This document shows, in pieces, positions 39,470-54,800 of a DNA stretch of 64,000 nt (the stretch's first letter is position 1; each line of letters starts with the position of its first letter). The notes beneath the pieces were generated by a model. It made no database searches and was not told where the DNA came from. It saw only the letters and a program-made list of their open reading frames with translations. This DNA comes from Vicugna vicugna. Lineage: Eukaryota. Both the position numbers and the translations under genes were made by a program. The DNA lies in contig MU058198.1 of NCBI GenBank assembly GCA_013265495.1, forward strand, positions 2,988,419-3,052,418, read 5' to 3'.

Positions 39470-40225
39470 TTACTGCAAATCAAAATCACAATGAGATACC
39501 ACTTCACACCCACTAGGATGGCTGTTAACAGAAGACAGACAATAACAAGTGCTGACAAGGATGCAGAGCAACTACAACCCTCACACACTGCTGGTGGGAA
39601 TGTAAGATGGTGCAGCCACTGTGGGAAACAGCTGGACAGCTGCTCAGAAAGTTAAAGGTGGAGTTGCCATATGATCTAGCAATTTTACTCTTAGGCATAC
39701 ACCCGAAAGAGATGAACACATACTTCCACACAAAAATTTGCAGATGAATGTTTATAGCAGCTTTATTTGTAACAGCCAAAAAAGCAGAGATAATCCAAAT
39801 GTCAGTCAAGAAGTGAATAGATAAACAAAACATGGTACGTTGACATAATGGAATATTTCTCAGCCATAGAAGGGTATGAGGTATGATACATGGTACAACA
39901 CGATAAACCTTAAAAACATCATGCTAAGTGGCAGAAGCCAAATTCAAAAGGCCACGTGTGATTCCATTTATATGAAATATCCAGAATAGGAAAAATCTAT
40001 GGAAACAAAGTAGATTAATGGATAGCTAGGCTGGGACATTGGGAGCAATGAACAGTGACTGCTAATTGATATGGGGTTTCCTTGGGGATGATAAAAATGT
40101 TCTAAAATTGATTGTGATGATGGATGCACAACTCTGTGAGTACACTAAAAACCACTGAATTGTACTTTTTAAGTGGGTGACATATACGGTATGTAAATTA
40201 TATCCCAATATAGCTGTCTTTTAAA
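39470..40225 (+). mobile_element. L1 fragment (ORF2 end and 3'UTR, L1MB-like)
   Basis: caaatcaaaatcacaatgagataccacttcacacccactaggatggct...atgttctaaaattgattgtgatgatggatgcacaactctgtga. Confidence 0.88.
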
Positions 40226-43200
40226 AGAAAGTATACTTTATTTCAGTCATAATAAAATTCAAGAACAGGCAAGACTACTCAATGGTGCTAGAAGCCAGGA
40301 AAGTGGTTTACCTTCGGGAAATAGGGAGAGGGTGGGGTTTGGGAGGGAGGAAAAGAGGGAGCTTGTGGAATGCTGGTGACGAGTCATTTCTTGATCTGGC
40401 TGATACAATATTAGAGTTTAGGATTCATTGAGCTCTACGCCCATGCTGTTACACATTTTTCTGTATGTATGCCATAGTTCATTAAGAAGTTTTTCTTTTT
40501 AAACTGACTTTAAAAAGGATAAGAATAAGGAAGTAGGAGGCACAGGCTCCCAGGATAAAGCAAGAGAAAAAACTAAGGGAGGACCACAAAGAAAAATGGT
40601 GGGGAAGAAGAGTGAGTGTTATAAACAGCAGAAATAAGAATTCAAACAATACAGCAATCCAGAACCATTTAGAAAGTCCTACACAGTCCTGCTAGCCCCG
40701 AAACCTCCATATTACAGCGAAAAGTGCAATAAATGATGCTCATAATAGAGACTGTGAATCACCAAAGAAAGAATAAAGTATGTTCAGGATATCCCTGAAA
40801 AAATGAGTTTGTAAAATATGCTATCAAGCCATCTATTGAAAAAAAAAAGTTAAAATTTTAAAGACTTGATATTTAAAAAAATAATTATCCAGGAAATAGC
40901 TTATATAAAATTTATTCCCTCAAAAAGCCAGATGAATGGGTTATATTGTGCTATTCAAAAAAGATCATACAATGACAAGACAATGGCACAGAATATATCA
41001 TACTGAGAGGTACCCTCCTGGGGAACAGGTGCCCCAGTGAGTCACTAGAGATTTAAATACCACCCCCTCAAAAACAGTCTACAATTCAAGAGGTCAGCAC
41101 ACATGCATCCAAGGTGCACTCAAAACAATTAGAATCACGAGACCTAGAGACCTAGAGAAAATTTAAGGTGGAACACATTTACTTTTCTCCAGCACTTAAC
41201 TGTAGTGACTTTTCGTGGGATCTTCCATATCTTCCTTCTCCCAGGGTCCCTTTCCTACGTCCCAGGCTTGCTCTCACAAGCTGCGTTGGTGGGTGCATGG
41301 ATTGGGGGGTCGGCTGGTTGGTTTTTCCTGCTGAAGGGTTTCCATCACTCAGGTGTAAAGAAATCAGTGGTTGTTACACAGCATAATCTGTGAGGCTGGT
41401 ATTACCAAATGGCAACGAAAAGGGAAATAAGGCAACAGAGGCTCGGTGACCATCCCAAGATCACAGCCATACCAGGATTCTGACTAAATGCAAAATTCAC
41501 AGGTTTGCAGATTTTCAAAAGGAAAGGAGCAGACCTGCGCCCTGGCTGCCCTCACCCTCCTCGCAGCACTGTCCTCCAATGCTGACAGCCTGAAGCAGCA
41601 GAGAGAACTGGGTATCGCCAGGAAGTAGGTGGGCCAGTTAGTACAACCCAACCAGCTGCCTGATGTCACAACAGAACCTCAAAGGGTAACGACCAACAGG
41701 TCTCCAACCTCCCAACCTTTCCTCCTGCTGGATATGAGATAAAAAGCTGCCAATGCTCCTCTTTCTCTCCTGCCTGCAGGGAAATGAGGCTATTCTCCTT
41801 CCTTCCTGTCACTATTAAAATCCTGAAATCATTAGCTGGTAGCTATTTGCCATGAGCTGCTGCTTTTAAAGCAGTTTGTCTTTTCTTCAGCTATTCTACT
41901 TTCTTATAACTTCTATGGAGTAAAGACTCTAAAATGAGGGAGATTTACTAAGTTGTCACTGCACTGTCAAAAAGGGTAAAACTGAAGAATGTTCCAAGTT
42001 AATGTAACTTTATAACTGCTAGGAGCACTTCTGGTCAGAAAAGAGGTTCTTTCTATTATGTGTTCTTTTCCAGCTTCGGAGAGCCTTGGACCTTAGAGGA
42101 GAGGTTGCATTTCCTTTTCCACAGTTTAAAAACAGCCTTTTTATGCCCTGATCATTGCTCAAAGTAAAACAGATACAGAAATGAATTTCCTGTTCACTCA
42201 TTCACCCATGAACACACACACAAAGGACAGGACCAGACACTATGGGGAATAAATGGAGTTACAGAATTAAAGATCTGTAGGCATGTCTCTGTTCCTTTAT
42301 CTGTAAAACAGAAATAGTAGTATGTATCTCTACCTTACAATGTTATAAGGAACACATAACATAATCCCCTGTGCAGGGCATATAGTAAGCACTCCTATGT
42401 TAACTACAGGAAAAAAGCAAGATGAGGAAAATTATGTACGTACAGTGTGCCACTACTCATCTAAATAAGAAGGAGGTTATAAATACACATATATACATAC
42501 ACATATTTGCCTATATTAAAACAATGAAAGAATAAAATTTAGGAAGAAAGAGAACCCAGGACATAGGAATCAGAAACAGAATCTAGACTTCTTTGAGCAG
42601 ATGTTTTGTAGATTTGACTTCAGGCCATAAATTTTATTTTTTACATAATTATGCAACAAAGCTAAATTTTAAAAGCAACTCTTCAAATCAAAAGCAAAAA
42701 GAAACAAATGAATTTAACTACATATCAAGTTGGTAACAAAGCCACACTAAGAACTATTCCAAGTGACTTTAAAAGATAATAATTTGACTATACAGACCTA
42801 GTAGGACACATCCTAGGGCAAAAGTAAATTAAATAAATGAATAAATAAATCTTAACCCTTCTTCAAATACTCCTATTGTTTGTGGTAATATTGGGACTAT
42901 TATACTGAGACTTGCAAATGCATCTGTGAGATCATGTAACTGAGAATTTAACCTAGTGCTACGAATAGGATTTTCAGCATGGGAGAAAGAAAATACAGAT
43001 GTAAGATCAACGAGGTTAAATAAAAACCCTGAAATCCTGAATGGAATGACCAATATGAATGCATGACTTATTATATCTTTAAAACAAATTACACATTTCC
43101 TAGCTCTGTCTACTTAGAACACAGAGATACCACAGACACCTCTAGTGCCCAAACTGTGGTCTCTCAGGACCATTTGTCACCAAAAGAAACCAGGGCTCCT

Positions 43201-46200
43201 TAAAGAAATGACTGATTCCAGATATGGGCAAGAAACATGTAAGATGAGCCTGACAAATCTTAACTTCCTGCATTCTGGTTTGATGTCACAGACTAATTAC
43301 TGGTGGTATTGTGTCAAAAGGATTTGATGGCCAGTCAATCCATCCCAAAGGCCAAAAGTGGGACAAACTGGCTATAAAGTTAATAACTGTAATTGATTGA
43401 AATATTGAGAGAAACATTTAGAGAAAATTACTAGTAATTGTACATCTACTGAATCTAACCATTTTTTTAAGTGGGGCTGGTTTTATGTATGCCTTTTTTA
43501 TTTCATTTTTCTGAAAAAGTTTAACTGCCAATGTAAGAAATTTATATTACATTGGCATAAAATTGGTACATAAAAAATAAAGGCAATTTTTGAGAAGACA
43601 AAAAATGTAATGACAGAGAAGCTTTAAGATTAATCTGGCAGCAATAAAAACTGTCAAGAGGACAGAGTTTAGTAATGGGGATGGGTACTCAGGTAGCCAC
43701 AGGCTTGGAACGAACACCTTCCTTCTCACCACCTTTCATTTCTGAAATACAATGTGTGAGTTTCTGTACTAAACCCCCACTTATGGCTTCTTCTTTAACC
43801 TCATTAGAACCATGCAAGGTTGGAGTCTGGATCTGCTGCTTCCTGGCACTAAATCCCTCTATCTTAATTTTAAAACTGGAATAGCAGTGCTGCTTTCACA
43901 GGGCTGCTGTGAAGCTTTAATGAAAAAACTGTATATGAATGTACTTTGTAAATGATCTGGCTCCACACAAATAAATGGCATTAACATCATTATGATTATT
44001 ATTGTTTCTTAGATCTTCAAATAATCAGATAGCTCTGCCTTGCTCTTAAAGATGTGAAGACCGAGTTAAAAGTCAAAGAATTTACTGAGCTGGTGATGAG
44101 CTTTACAAAGGTTCCTTACAAGTGAAGCAACAAAGGCATTTCCTGACCAGTCCTGTGCAGTCTTCTAAAGCGTGAACTGTTTGTTTGTGGACACACTATT
44201 TGCTACCATCCAAGCTCAACAACTGGAGGGGCGAAGCAACAGATGCTGGGTGCCTGGCCAATTCCTCCAGGAACTGCCAGAGTCTGTGGCATAAAACAAT
44301 AGGAAAGATCACAATCAAGTTAAAGACAAGATATCTCAATGTGCTCCACTGCAAAAATGTTGTTTGTTAAACATAAAAAGGTCATTTGAGGAACAGCCAA
44401 TGAACAACTAATTAGCAGAGCAAACAAGAATATTTTTGAAGGAAAAAGCCACAGAGGACAGAACTTTAAATTACTCAGTTTTGAATGATTTATTTTGCAC
44501 AACTATATATAAAGGGTTTTTTTGTGGAAACCATGAGGTCATTGTTTTCCAGAGTCTTCACTATAGGAAACAGCTGTGGGGAACTACACAAACAGAGAAC
44601 ACTGCCCTATTTAGTAGCCCCTCATTGTGACAAGTGTATAGATGGGGACAGGAAAAATCCATCAAACCACACACTAGTAACAAAACAAAAGTGGCAGAGT
44701 CAAACTAAAACTTCAAGCTTCACAAAGGAAGATGTAAAACAACTAACTCAGGATAAGCATCTGTATTATTACATCTATACCAATTTCAGAGAGACTGTCA
44801 TGTTTAGCTGAGATCAGCTCCTTTCTATATGGGTCACCAAAAACTTAAAGGATTCACTTTGCACAGTGCCTGATTTATGAGAGACATTTAACAAATACAA
44901 TAACAACAACAAAAAAGTTTCCCTGGGGCTCTTATGTTCAAATGCTATGCAACCTGTCTAAACCTGAACTTGTCCACCCACCTCCAGAACTCTTTTCCAT
45001 TCTGTGCTTCCAATCTTGAAGAGCGCCACCCCAAGACTCCCTGTTTCAAAACCTCAAAGTTATTTTCATCTCTTCATCTTATCCACTCTTCGCATAAAGC
45101 TGCCAAATGCTGTCAACTCTGCTTCAAATATACACTTTGTATATGTTCAAAAGTCAGCGGAAAGGAGCAGGAGGCAAGGAAAGGGAAGGAAATAAATGGG
45201 ACCCAGCATAATCTGAGGTGAGTGACTCTCCTTTACAGTACCACCCAGGACTCTGCTTAAACTTGTCCAGTGATTTAAAAAACTACTATTAGGTGAGGCA
45301 GCTCATTCCATTTTCAGAAAACTTGCTCAAAAAGTTCTGTATACTGAAGCATGCCACCCCTTTCTCCAATTTCTGCCCTCCTCTCTCAAGACTTAAAGCC
45401 TAAGTGTGATCACGGCCCTCAAGTGAGGTCTGACCCATGTGCACAACAGAAGTGGCCCATCGCTGGCACATCTACGTCTACAACCCAGGCTGGTCTGCAA
45501 GCTGTCCTCACTCATGGCATCTTCAGTTCAGATTAAGCAATACATTGTGCAGCTCTGAAAAAGTAATGCCGAATAAGACACACTCATTGCCATCGAGGGC
45601 CTCACAGTGGAGGAGACAGACATGAACGGGTTTAGGAAAAAGAATCCTCTTGCCTCTAAGAGGAAATATTTCTACACTTTTCACAGTCATTCAACATGGG
45701 GATTATCTGATCCTTGGAAGAATGTATAAATAAATCCATCCAGTTCTGTTATCTTCTGGGGGAACAGGCAGTTCTTTCAATAACTCTTACAATTTCTTCC
45801 TCAGTTACTGGTCAAGCCAGGTTTTCTTACTGTAACATTATTAGTTTACATTTTGTTGAAAGTTATGGATTTTATCAGTGACAGGCAGACCTTCAGCAAA
45901 GATGGTTATCTATCCCAAGTTAATGTAGATATTTAACACTAAAATTCACACAGGACTGGTTTTTGAAACCTGACAAAATGATTGCAAAATTTGTACAGAG
46001 AACTTTTAAAGAACAACAAGATAGCTTACCTCTTACCCAAGGTATGCAGTACTTTTCTGCACCGGTTTTAGTCATGCTTAATACTGCAGAACAAAAATTT
46101 CACAGTGGTGGGGGCGGAGAATAGCATGAAAAGAACAAGCAGCAACAATGCCATGTGGTACCAATAAAAGCACTGATGAAACAGAACACAAAATTCAGAA

Positions 46201-46269
46201 ATAGACTGTAACTCTAAATATGGAGAAGTCTTTTACAAATAAACAAGGTAATGATAAGGTTGGGGTAAC

Positions 46270-46510
46270 ACTACCAGTTAACACTCACTTAGCACTGATG
46301 GTATGCCAGGCCCTCAGGCAAATTTTCCTCTTACTTGTTTTCAGAACAACCAATGAGGTAGATATACTATTGTCCCCATTTTACAGATGAAGAAACTAAG
46401 CCCCAAGAGTTAAGTGCCCAAGGTTGTTTCATGGCTAGTCAGTGGTGCAGCCAGGACTGGAAACAGGCAGTCTGGCTCCCCAGTCCAGGCTCTCAGCCAC
46501 TCACTATACT
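46270..46510 (-). mobile_element. MIR relic
   Basis: ccccattttacagatgaagaaactaag...ttaagtgcccaaggtt. Confidence 0.75.
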
Positions 46511-46904
46511 ATACAAGATGGGAAATCTCACCTTAAAATAAATCCCCACTTTACACATGCACCAAAGCAAGCTCCAAATGTTGAAGAGATAAATATTTTA
46601 GAACATGATAGAAAAACCAACAAAAAATAAAATAGAGAAGTTACATACAAGCATAACTTTTCAGCTATACTATACAGTAATAAAAGCAATAAGGGAGAAG
46701 GACAGGTTCAACACACTAAAACCTTTTGTAACATACAAAGTAACAAAACTAAAAGAGTAAGAGACTGAGAGAAGTATCTATATCAAATGTATCAGGGCTT
46801 AATGAAGTTGTTACCGCAACACATCTACTCTCTATAAAGAGCTCTAATAAAGTTTTTAAAAAAAGAAAAGAGAAGAGAAGAAAAGAAGTTTCAAAATCCC
46901 AAGA

Positions 46905-49040
46905 GACACCATGAGCAAGTGGGATTTACTTCTGGAATAAAAAAGAGGTTCAACATCTGAAAATCAATCAATGTAATATGCCATATTAATAGAATGAAAG
47001 AAAAATACATGATCATCTCAATTGATGCAGAAAAAGCATTTGACAAAAATTCAACATTCCTTCATGATAAAGACACTCAACAAAACTCACAAAAAACCTG
47101 TTGGAGCTAATAGATAAATTCAGCGAAGTGCAGGACACAATATCAACACACAAAGACCTGGTGCATTTCTACACACTAGCAATGAACAACCCAAAAATGG
47201 AATTAAGAAAACAGTTCCATGTATAACAGCATGAAAAAGAATAAAACACTTGGGGATAAATTTAACCAAGGAGATGGTGAAAAATCTGCACAGTGAAAAC
47301 TACAAAACTTCAGCGAAGGAAACTAAAGGCAACAGAAATGTTAAAAAAAAAAAAAAAAGACACTCCATGTTAATGAACTGGAAGACTTAATATTGTTACA
47401 ATTATATTTCTACCAAAGGATCTACAGATTTCAGTGCAATTCCTATTAAGATCCTAAAGGCATTTTTGTTTTTTATTTTATTTTATTTTATGTTTGCAGA
47501 AAGAAAAGCCTATTCTAAAATTCATATGGAATCCCCAAGGACTCCAAAGCCAAAACAATCTTTAAAAAGAAGAACAAATTTGAAAGAATTAAGCTTCCTG
47601 ATTTCAAACTTACCACACAGCTACAGTAATCAAAACAGCGTGGTACTGAAACAAAGACAGACACATAGATCAATGGAATAGAATAAAGAGCCTAGCAGTA
47701 AACCCTCTCATATACAGTCAATTGATTTTTGAAAAGGGCACCAAGACCATTCAACAAAGAAAGTAGTCTTTTCAACAATGGTGCTGGGAAAACTAAATAT
47801 CCACAAGCAAAAGTATGAAGTTATAACCTTACCTTACACCATATACAAAAGTTAATTCAAAATGGATCAAAGACCTAAATATAAGAATTAAAACTGTAAA
47901 AGTTTTAGTAGAAAACATAAAGGGAAAGCTTCATGACGTTGGATTTGGCCATATTTCTTGGATCTGACACCAAAAGCACAGGGAACAGAAGAAAAAAACA
48001 AATAGATAAATTGGACTTCATCAAAAATAAAAACTTTGTACATCAAAGGATAATTATCAAAAGAGTAAAACAACCTTCAAAATGGGAGGAAATAGTTGCT
48101 AATCATATATCTGATAAGGATTAATAGCCAGAATATATAAAGGACTCCTACAACTTAACATCATCTACAACAAAAAAATCCAACTCAAAAATGAGAAAGC
48201 GCTTAGACAGACATTTCTCCAAAGATGATATACTAAAGGCTACTAAGTACTTGAAAAGAAGGCCTAAGTCATTAGTTAAATCATTAATAACGAATGATAA
48301 TTAGTCATTAGAGAAATGCAAATCAAAACTACAATGAGATAATACTTCACATATGCTAGGATGGCTAATATCAAAAAAAAAAAACCCAGAAAATAACAAG
48401 TGTTGGCAAGGATATGGAGAAACTGGAACCCTCATACACTGCTGGTGGGAATGTACAGTGATGCAGTCACTGTTGAAAAGTTTGACCATTTCTCAAAAAG
48501 TTAAGCACAGAATTACCATATGATACAAAAGAATTGAAAACAGGGACACACATAGATACTTGCATGCCTATGTTCATAACATCATTATTCACGATAGCCA
48601 AAAAGCAAAACCAACCCAGGTGTCCATCAGCAGATGAATGGATAAACAAAATGTAGTATATACATTAAAAGAAATGAAATTCAGCCATAAAAAGGAATGA
48701 AATTCTGCTACATGCTACAAGGATGAATATTGAAAACATCACCCTAAGTAAGCTAGACACAAAAGGATTTTGTGCATTGTGTTGTGTAATTCTATTTACG
48801 TGGGGTACCTAGAAAAGGCAAATTCACAGAGACAGGAAGTAGAGCAGAGGTTACCAGGGACTAGAGGGGAGTCATCGCTTAATGCATACAGAGTTCCTGT
48901 TTAGGACGATGAAAAAATTCTGGAAATGGAAAGTGGCTGATGGTTGCACAACACTGTGAATGTACTTAATGCCACCGAGAGTTGTACTTAGAAGCAATTA
49001 AAACGGTAAATTTTGTTATGTGTATTTTACCAAAAAAAAT
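46905..49040 (+). mobile_element. L1 fragment (degenerate ORF2 RT and C-terminal region plus 3'UTR, with internal deletions)
   Basis: atgatcatctcaattgatgcagaaaaagcatttgacaaaaattcaaca ([19 protein letters not shown]), later ORF2 motifs and an L1M 3' end. Confidence 0.92.
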
Positions 49041-50406
49041 TTTTTAATTGGGAAAAAATGCCCATAGACAAATGAGCAAAGAATGAATATAAACTGACAA
49101 TATCAAATTTCAATTATCAACTCCAACGCATTCTACAAATGGTTTGAATACCGAACATGCACCATTCACCGGACTGGGTGAAGTTCATGGTCAAAACAGC
49201 AGCACTGTAATTTTTATAATAATAAGTCAAAAAGATGTCCAGAAGCTTTTGATGCTCTGAGAACATGTCTGGAAATTTATCCTAAATAAATAACACAACA
49301 AAGCAAAAGGCTATAAACATGATTCAGGTTCATCGTAATAAAAAAGGGTAGGGGGGATCTACCCAATAAAAGAGGACTGGATGATTAAATTATTGCTTAG
49401 CAATATGATACAGACGTATTATTAAATATTAAACAGTATTATGAGTACTATCTAGAAATATGGGGAAATGTTTTATAAGTTGCATGAAAAAAAGTCATAA
49501 TCCAAAATGGCCTGGCCAGGATGATAGCAATTACGTAAAATATGTATATATGTGGACAAGTACAAAAATGTAAACTGATGGCACTTTAAGGCAATGTGTT
49601 CAGCACAAGTGAGACCACAAATGTCATCATCACACTGCATACTACCCTGAGTTCAAGTTGAAGCTCTGCGCCTGCAAATGTGTCAAGAACCAAACTAGAT
49701 CAAGTCAAAATAACAGATTTAGTGCTAGTTTATGTTGCTGATTGGAAAGATACATTTAAAACCTCAGAATGGGGGTTTTATAACAAATAAAAATCTCTAG
49801 CCAAAACTCCACCCTACGCTACTATTTTCTTTCATGAGTTACCACGAGACCTCAAACATAACATGTCTAAAATAGAACCAGCACTTCTGAAAACCGAGGG
49901 CAGCCTCGGTTTCCCAAATGTGACCAGGCTCAAAGAGGCTAAGATATATTCTGTTCCCCCTTGAAGCCCCCAGTTCTGTCCCTGCCCTCTCTCATCATCA
50001 CCCCACCCATCCTCAATGTCCCTGGCCTCGGAGTGAGCATTATTTTTAAAATAAATTAAAGAAAAAGACAATCATACCACAAGTCTGTCTGAAATTCCTT
50101 AGTGGCTGCCCTCACAAGATGCTGTTCTCTGACATAGCATCCAAGGACGGAGGTCAGAGATCTAACTCTGGCCAAAGCATCACACAGTGACCTTCTCCCC
50201 ATTCCATCCACCCAAACCATGTCCCCTACCCTTCTGCTCCAATCACACTAACCTTGAAATGATTAGGATAAGCCAAGTATTTTGAGGTTCTCAGCCTTTG
50301 CACTTGATGGATTTTCTGACCTGGAAAGGCCTTTCCCACCTCTCCACCTCTCCCTTTACCCACCCAGAGGATTCCTACCAAAGCCTTCAAGACAGTCCAG
50401 GTATCA

Positions 50407-50557
50407 GGGGGAGGGTATAGCTCAGTGGTAGAGTGTGTGCCTAGCATGCATGAGGTCCTGGGTTCGATTCCCAGTACTTCCATTAAAGATAAATAAATAA
50501 AAACCTAATTACCTCTCCCCCAAAATTAAATAAATAAGTTTTACAAAAAACAAAGAA
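50407..50557 (+). mobile_element. tRNA-Ala-derived SINE
   Basis: GGGGGAGGGTATAGCTCAGTGGTAGAG...GGTTCGATTCCCAG. Target-site duplication acag(t/c)ccaggtatca at 50392-50406 and 50558-50572. Confidence 0.92.
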
Positions 50558-51651
50558 ACAGCCCAGGTATCATTTCTTCAGGCCCCCACAACCCTCACAT
50601 TCCTTCTTCAAGTGATCTCTCCCCTGGGTTCGCACAGCCTCTATCACAGTGTTCATCCTACCCTACTGCAACTGTTTCTTTACTCCGCCTTCCCTCCTAG
50701 ACTCTGATTAAGGTCATGGACATTCTCACTCATATTCATAGCCCCAGTGCCTCCCAGAACAGGACCAGCACAAGAAATGTGCTCAATAAATCTATGAGCT
50801 TAATGAATCATGTCAACAAAATACGAACCAGAATTTGACTCTTAATGGGTATAAACTGATGTTTCCACAGCTCTGCACTGTATTCAGGGTTAAGAACAGG
50901 AAATCAACCTAAATAAACCAGGTTTCACAACGCTGCTTTCCTGGTTTTCTGCCTCTCTCTCTGGCTGCACCTTCAACAAGTCCAATAAGTCCCCCCCCCC
51001 CATCCTCTTGTTTTCAGTTTCCCCCAAGGGTCTGACCTTGGGCTTCTGATCCTAACACACTCAGTGCTCCCGGCTTCAGTTACCACCTCTATGCAGTTAA
51101 CTCCAAGTCTCCACAGCTGGTCCTAAATTGCACCATATTTCCAACTGTCTATTAAGACTCCTTAGATATCCCATGACCCCCAGCCCCCATATTTCAAATT
51201 AAATTCATGGTCTCCCCTGCTCCTGTGTTCTCTGACTGCTCTTTCTCTATCAGATTTCCCCTATCTTCTCCATCACCAGATCGGAAACTTTGGTGTTACC
51301 CTTTACCTCTCCATCTCCTGGAGTACCCTTAATGATGTCACGGCGTCCTCCCGAATGTCTCCGGGGTTCACCCTTTCCCCCTCCTTTTCCTCAGGTCATA
51401 CCTCTGATTGCCCTCTCCCTGATTTACCTTCTCCTCCATCTGATTCATTTTTTGCTCACCATCAGACCCATTTTCCTAAAACATCTTTTTTCATCAAATC
51501 AGAGTCTGCACAGCTCAAGAAGCTTCAATTTTGAATCACTACTGATTGCAGCCTCAAGGCTAAACTGTTGGGACAGACTTTCAAGGCCACCCATAATCTG
51601 TCCCCTCGCATTTCCTCAGCCATCTACATTTATGTCCCCTCCTCTCCAAAT

Positions 51652-51883
51652 CAGTGGTTCTCAATCAGGGACAATTTTGCCCCCCAAGGGACATTTGGCA
51701 ATGTTTGGAGACAGTTTTGATTACCATGACTGGGGTGAGGGAAGGGAGTACTATCAGCATCCAGTGGGTAGAGCACAGGGACACTGCTCAACATTCTCCA
51801 AGGCCAGGACAGCCCCCCCACAACAAAGAATCATCCAGCCATTAATGCCGGTAGGTCAACAGTGCCAAGGCTGAAAAAAGTGC
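51652..51883 (+). mobile_element. MER20 relic
   Basis: CAGTGGTTCTCAATCAGGGACAATTTTGCCCCCCAAGGGACATTTGGCAATG...GGACAGCCCCCCCACAACAAAGAATCATCC. Confidence 0.88.
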
Positions 51884-54800
51884 TCCAAATCAAATCCCCA
51901 CCACAGACAGCCCAGTGGCCTTTCTGACCCTAGACAATGTTCCAATGCTGCACCTTTGCTCAGAAGATTTCCTCGACAATCTGGAATGGCATCTCTTCCC
52001 CTCTTAACTATCCAAGCCTTTTTTATCTTCAAGTCCCATTCAAAGCCATATTTCATAGCTTTATACACCATCTATAGACTGATGACTCCCACATCTTTAT
52101 CTCCAGCCAGTCCCAACCTTCTGAACTCCGGACTCCCTTATCAAGCTGTCTACTAGACATCTGACAAGTGTCCTGTTTAACACATCTGAACTCCTGATCC
52201 CTCAAAACTGCTGCTCAAGGAAATGTACATCCCCAGTAATCACTCTGCTGCTCAAAACAAACACCAAGGAGTTATTCTGGCAGCTCCCCTCTGCCTCAGT
52301 GCCTCCCCTGGAATCAATCCTTTAGCAAGTCCTGTCGAATCCACTTCCAGATATATCTCAAATCCATTCACTTGTCCACCACGTCCACCATCACCTTTAC
52401 CTGGTCTATCACAAGAGCCTCCTCACTGGCCTCCCTGCTTCCAGTCTACATTCACTATTTAGCATTGAGAATGATCATTTCACATTTCAATGAGCTCGTG
52501 TCAGAACTCTACTTAAAACCTGCAACAGCTCCCCACTGCTCTTAGAATCAAATCTAAATCCCTTAGCTACGAGAGGATCTTAAAGGATCCAGCCTCAGCC
52601 TACACGGCCCCCTGTTTCAGCCTCATCTATCCTGCGCTCTCCTAGCTCTCTAAGCCATGAAAAAGGCCTGTCAGATTTTCACATGTAACCTCAACCCCTG
52701 GCCCTCTGCAGAGCCTTCTGAATAAATTTTATTCCCCCTGCCTGGCCACACCCATTATTCTCTCTCATACACCTAATCTCTTCCTTCTTGGCTCTTAAAA
52801 TTTTAAATTCCACTTTTATCAGTGTGTGTGACCATCTGCCTCCCTGTTACCGTAGAAGTTCCAGGAAGGAATGGACCGTGCGACCTCATACCATTTTTTT
52901 CACCATCACTATACCATGTGGTTTACCCCTACATACCCAGTGACTAGCACAGCATGTGGCATGGAGTTAGGCGCTCCATACATTCATAAATTTGTCGAAG
53001 CTTAACTGCCAATAATGAATGAACGAATCCTGTCCTTACACTTCAGCTCATATCGATTTCACCCTTCTCTGAACTCCCACTGAACTTTCCCAGTCAATAC
53101 AGTTTTTAAAAAACTTCCCTATAAACAGGTAAGATCTCTGAGGGCAAGAATTTTGTCCTATAATCGTCCTACTTAATCCTCTATTCCCAGCCCCTCCCCT
53201 AAACTAGCCCCTCTACCCACGGTTAATTGCTCAGTAAAAGTGGTGCGAGTCAGCAAACACAAGAGTCCATAACTGCCCTGTGCTTCTTCACTCCCCAGCT
53301 AGTTCTCTTTCCACTCTTCTCACGCGTGCCCATGATCCCCCTTTCCCACCTGGTAAGAAGCCGCAAACACCAGGTGGACACTCACTGGAGAGAGAGCCAG
53401 GTGTTTAAGACAAGTGGAGAACAGGCATACCTAGAGGAAACAAAACTGACCTACGTGAAAGAAAACAAGCTTGAAAACTGAAGAGCGGGGCAGTCACTTG
53501 TAGGAGGAAGCAACCGTCAGGGCCGAGGCCCTAGCATGCAGCATGGAGGGGTCAGGCTTTCGCTGGGCAGTCTGGTGAGCATGCCAACAGTTTAAATGCA
53601 CTTTCCCTCTCACTCGGCAGCGCCTCGTCTAAGACTCACTCCTTAGAAAAGGAGGCTTGACATATGTTGAAGGACTGGCTATAGTGCTTAAAAATTTTAT
53701 ACAGCCAAAACATCCATCAGTGGCTTCTATACTGCTGTTAAAAAGAATGAGGTGGACTTGGACGTACTAACCAAAAACAACAAAACTATGCTGCCCGTGA
53801 TACATTTGAAAGTCCACGGCTGGGTCATAGGGGAAAGCAAGTCACAGAGCTCTACGGGGAGTAGGAGCCCATCAATGTAAAAGACGTGTTTAGATACACA
53901 TTTAAATGACCTGAAAGGATAATTTTTTAAGGAAGATTTCCAAAAGCACCTACGTCTCAGGAGCAATAGCACACATACAAAGCTAACAGCAACTGACCTT
54001 ATTTTCTCTGTAACTCAGCCTTGCAATCTTACAGGAAATAAAAAAAAATGCTACATGTTTCAACAAGTCCACCCTGCCTGCTTATGTTTTTCTGTTGAGA
54101 CCTGTCGTTTCAGCGGTTGTACTGATAAGGCAACCACAGAACCAGGGCTCAATGTGTACATATGTCAGCATGGCAGGGGTGACAAAGTGCGGAAGTGAGA
54201 GCTCTGGTTCTGCTCCCTCAGCCTGCAGCCAGCAGACGGACACTCACATCTCACCCAGGTCTCCTTCCAAGTCTAAAACTTGATGATTCTCTCACCGCCT
54301 TTCTCCTCCAGAGATGTGGAGCTTCACAGCAGGGTTTGACAGACAAGGGAACTGACCAGGAAAAGACATACTTTCTACTTATTACTATCATAAGTCTGAA
54401 TATGATCTACACAATTTCATCTTTTTTTCTACTTTTCAAATGAATTTGAGGGATACCCTGAAGTTAGATTACTACTTGGGAACAACTATGATATACCAAA
54501 ACCAGGAAAACTTTTTATTATAAATCTACAGCATAAAATCAGAGCCCCCCAGCACAAGTCCACAACAAAGTACGGTGTGAAACCGAGCCAGTGTAAGCCC
54601 CTGACTGCTAGCTGGTCCGCACTATCCATTTACACACATACACTCCCTTTGTAACCCAAGAACTCTCACTAATAAATAAGCACCACCAGGCACCAAAGTT
54701 CAAGGAAAAAAAATATGGGAGGGAAAATTCATCAATTCCTTTTTGTTTTTACTGCAAATTTGGAAGGAGTTCCCACAGTTCTTTTATCACTTGTTCTAGC

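Noticed and set aside
50407..50482. Apparent tRNA-Ala gene (and the six similar copies)
   Set aside because: A-rich tails, target-site duplications and divergent stems mark these as SINEs, not tRNA genes.
51290..51874. 194-aa ORF
   Set aside because: Runs across pyrimidine-rich old repeat sequence and MER20, with no protein-like signature.
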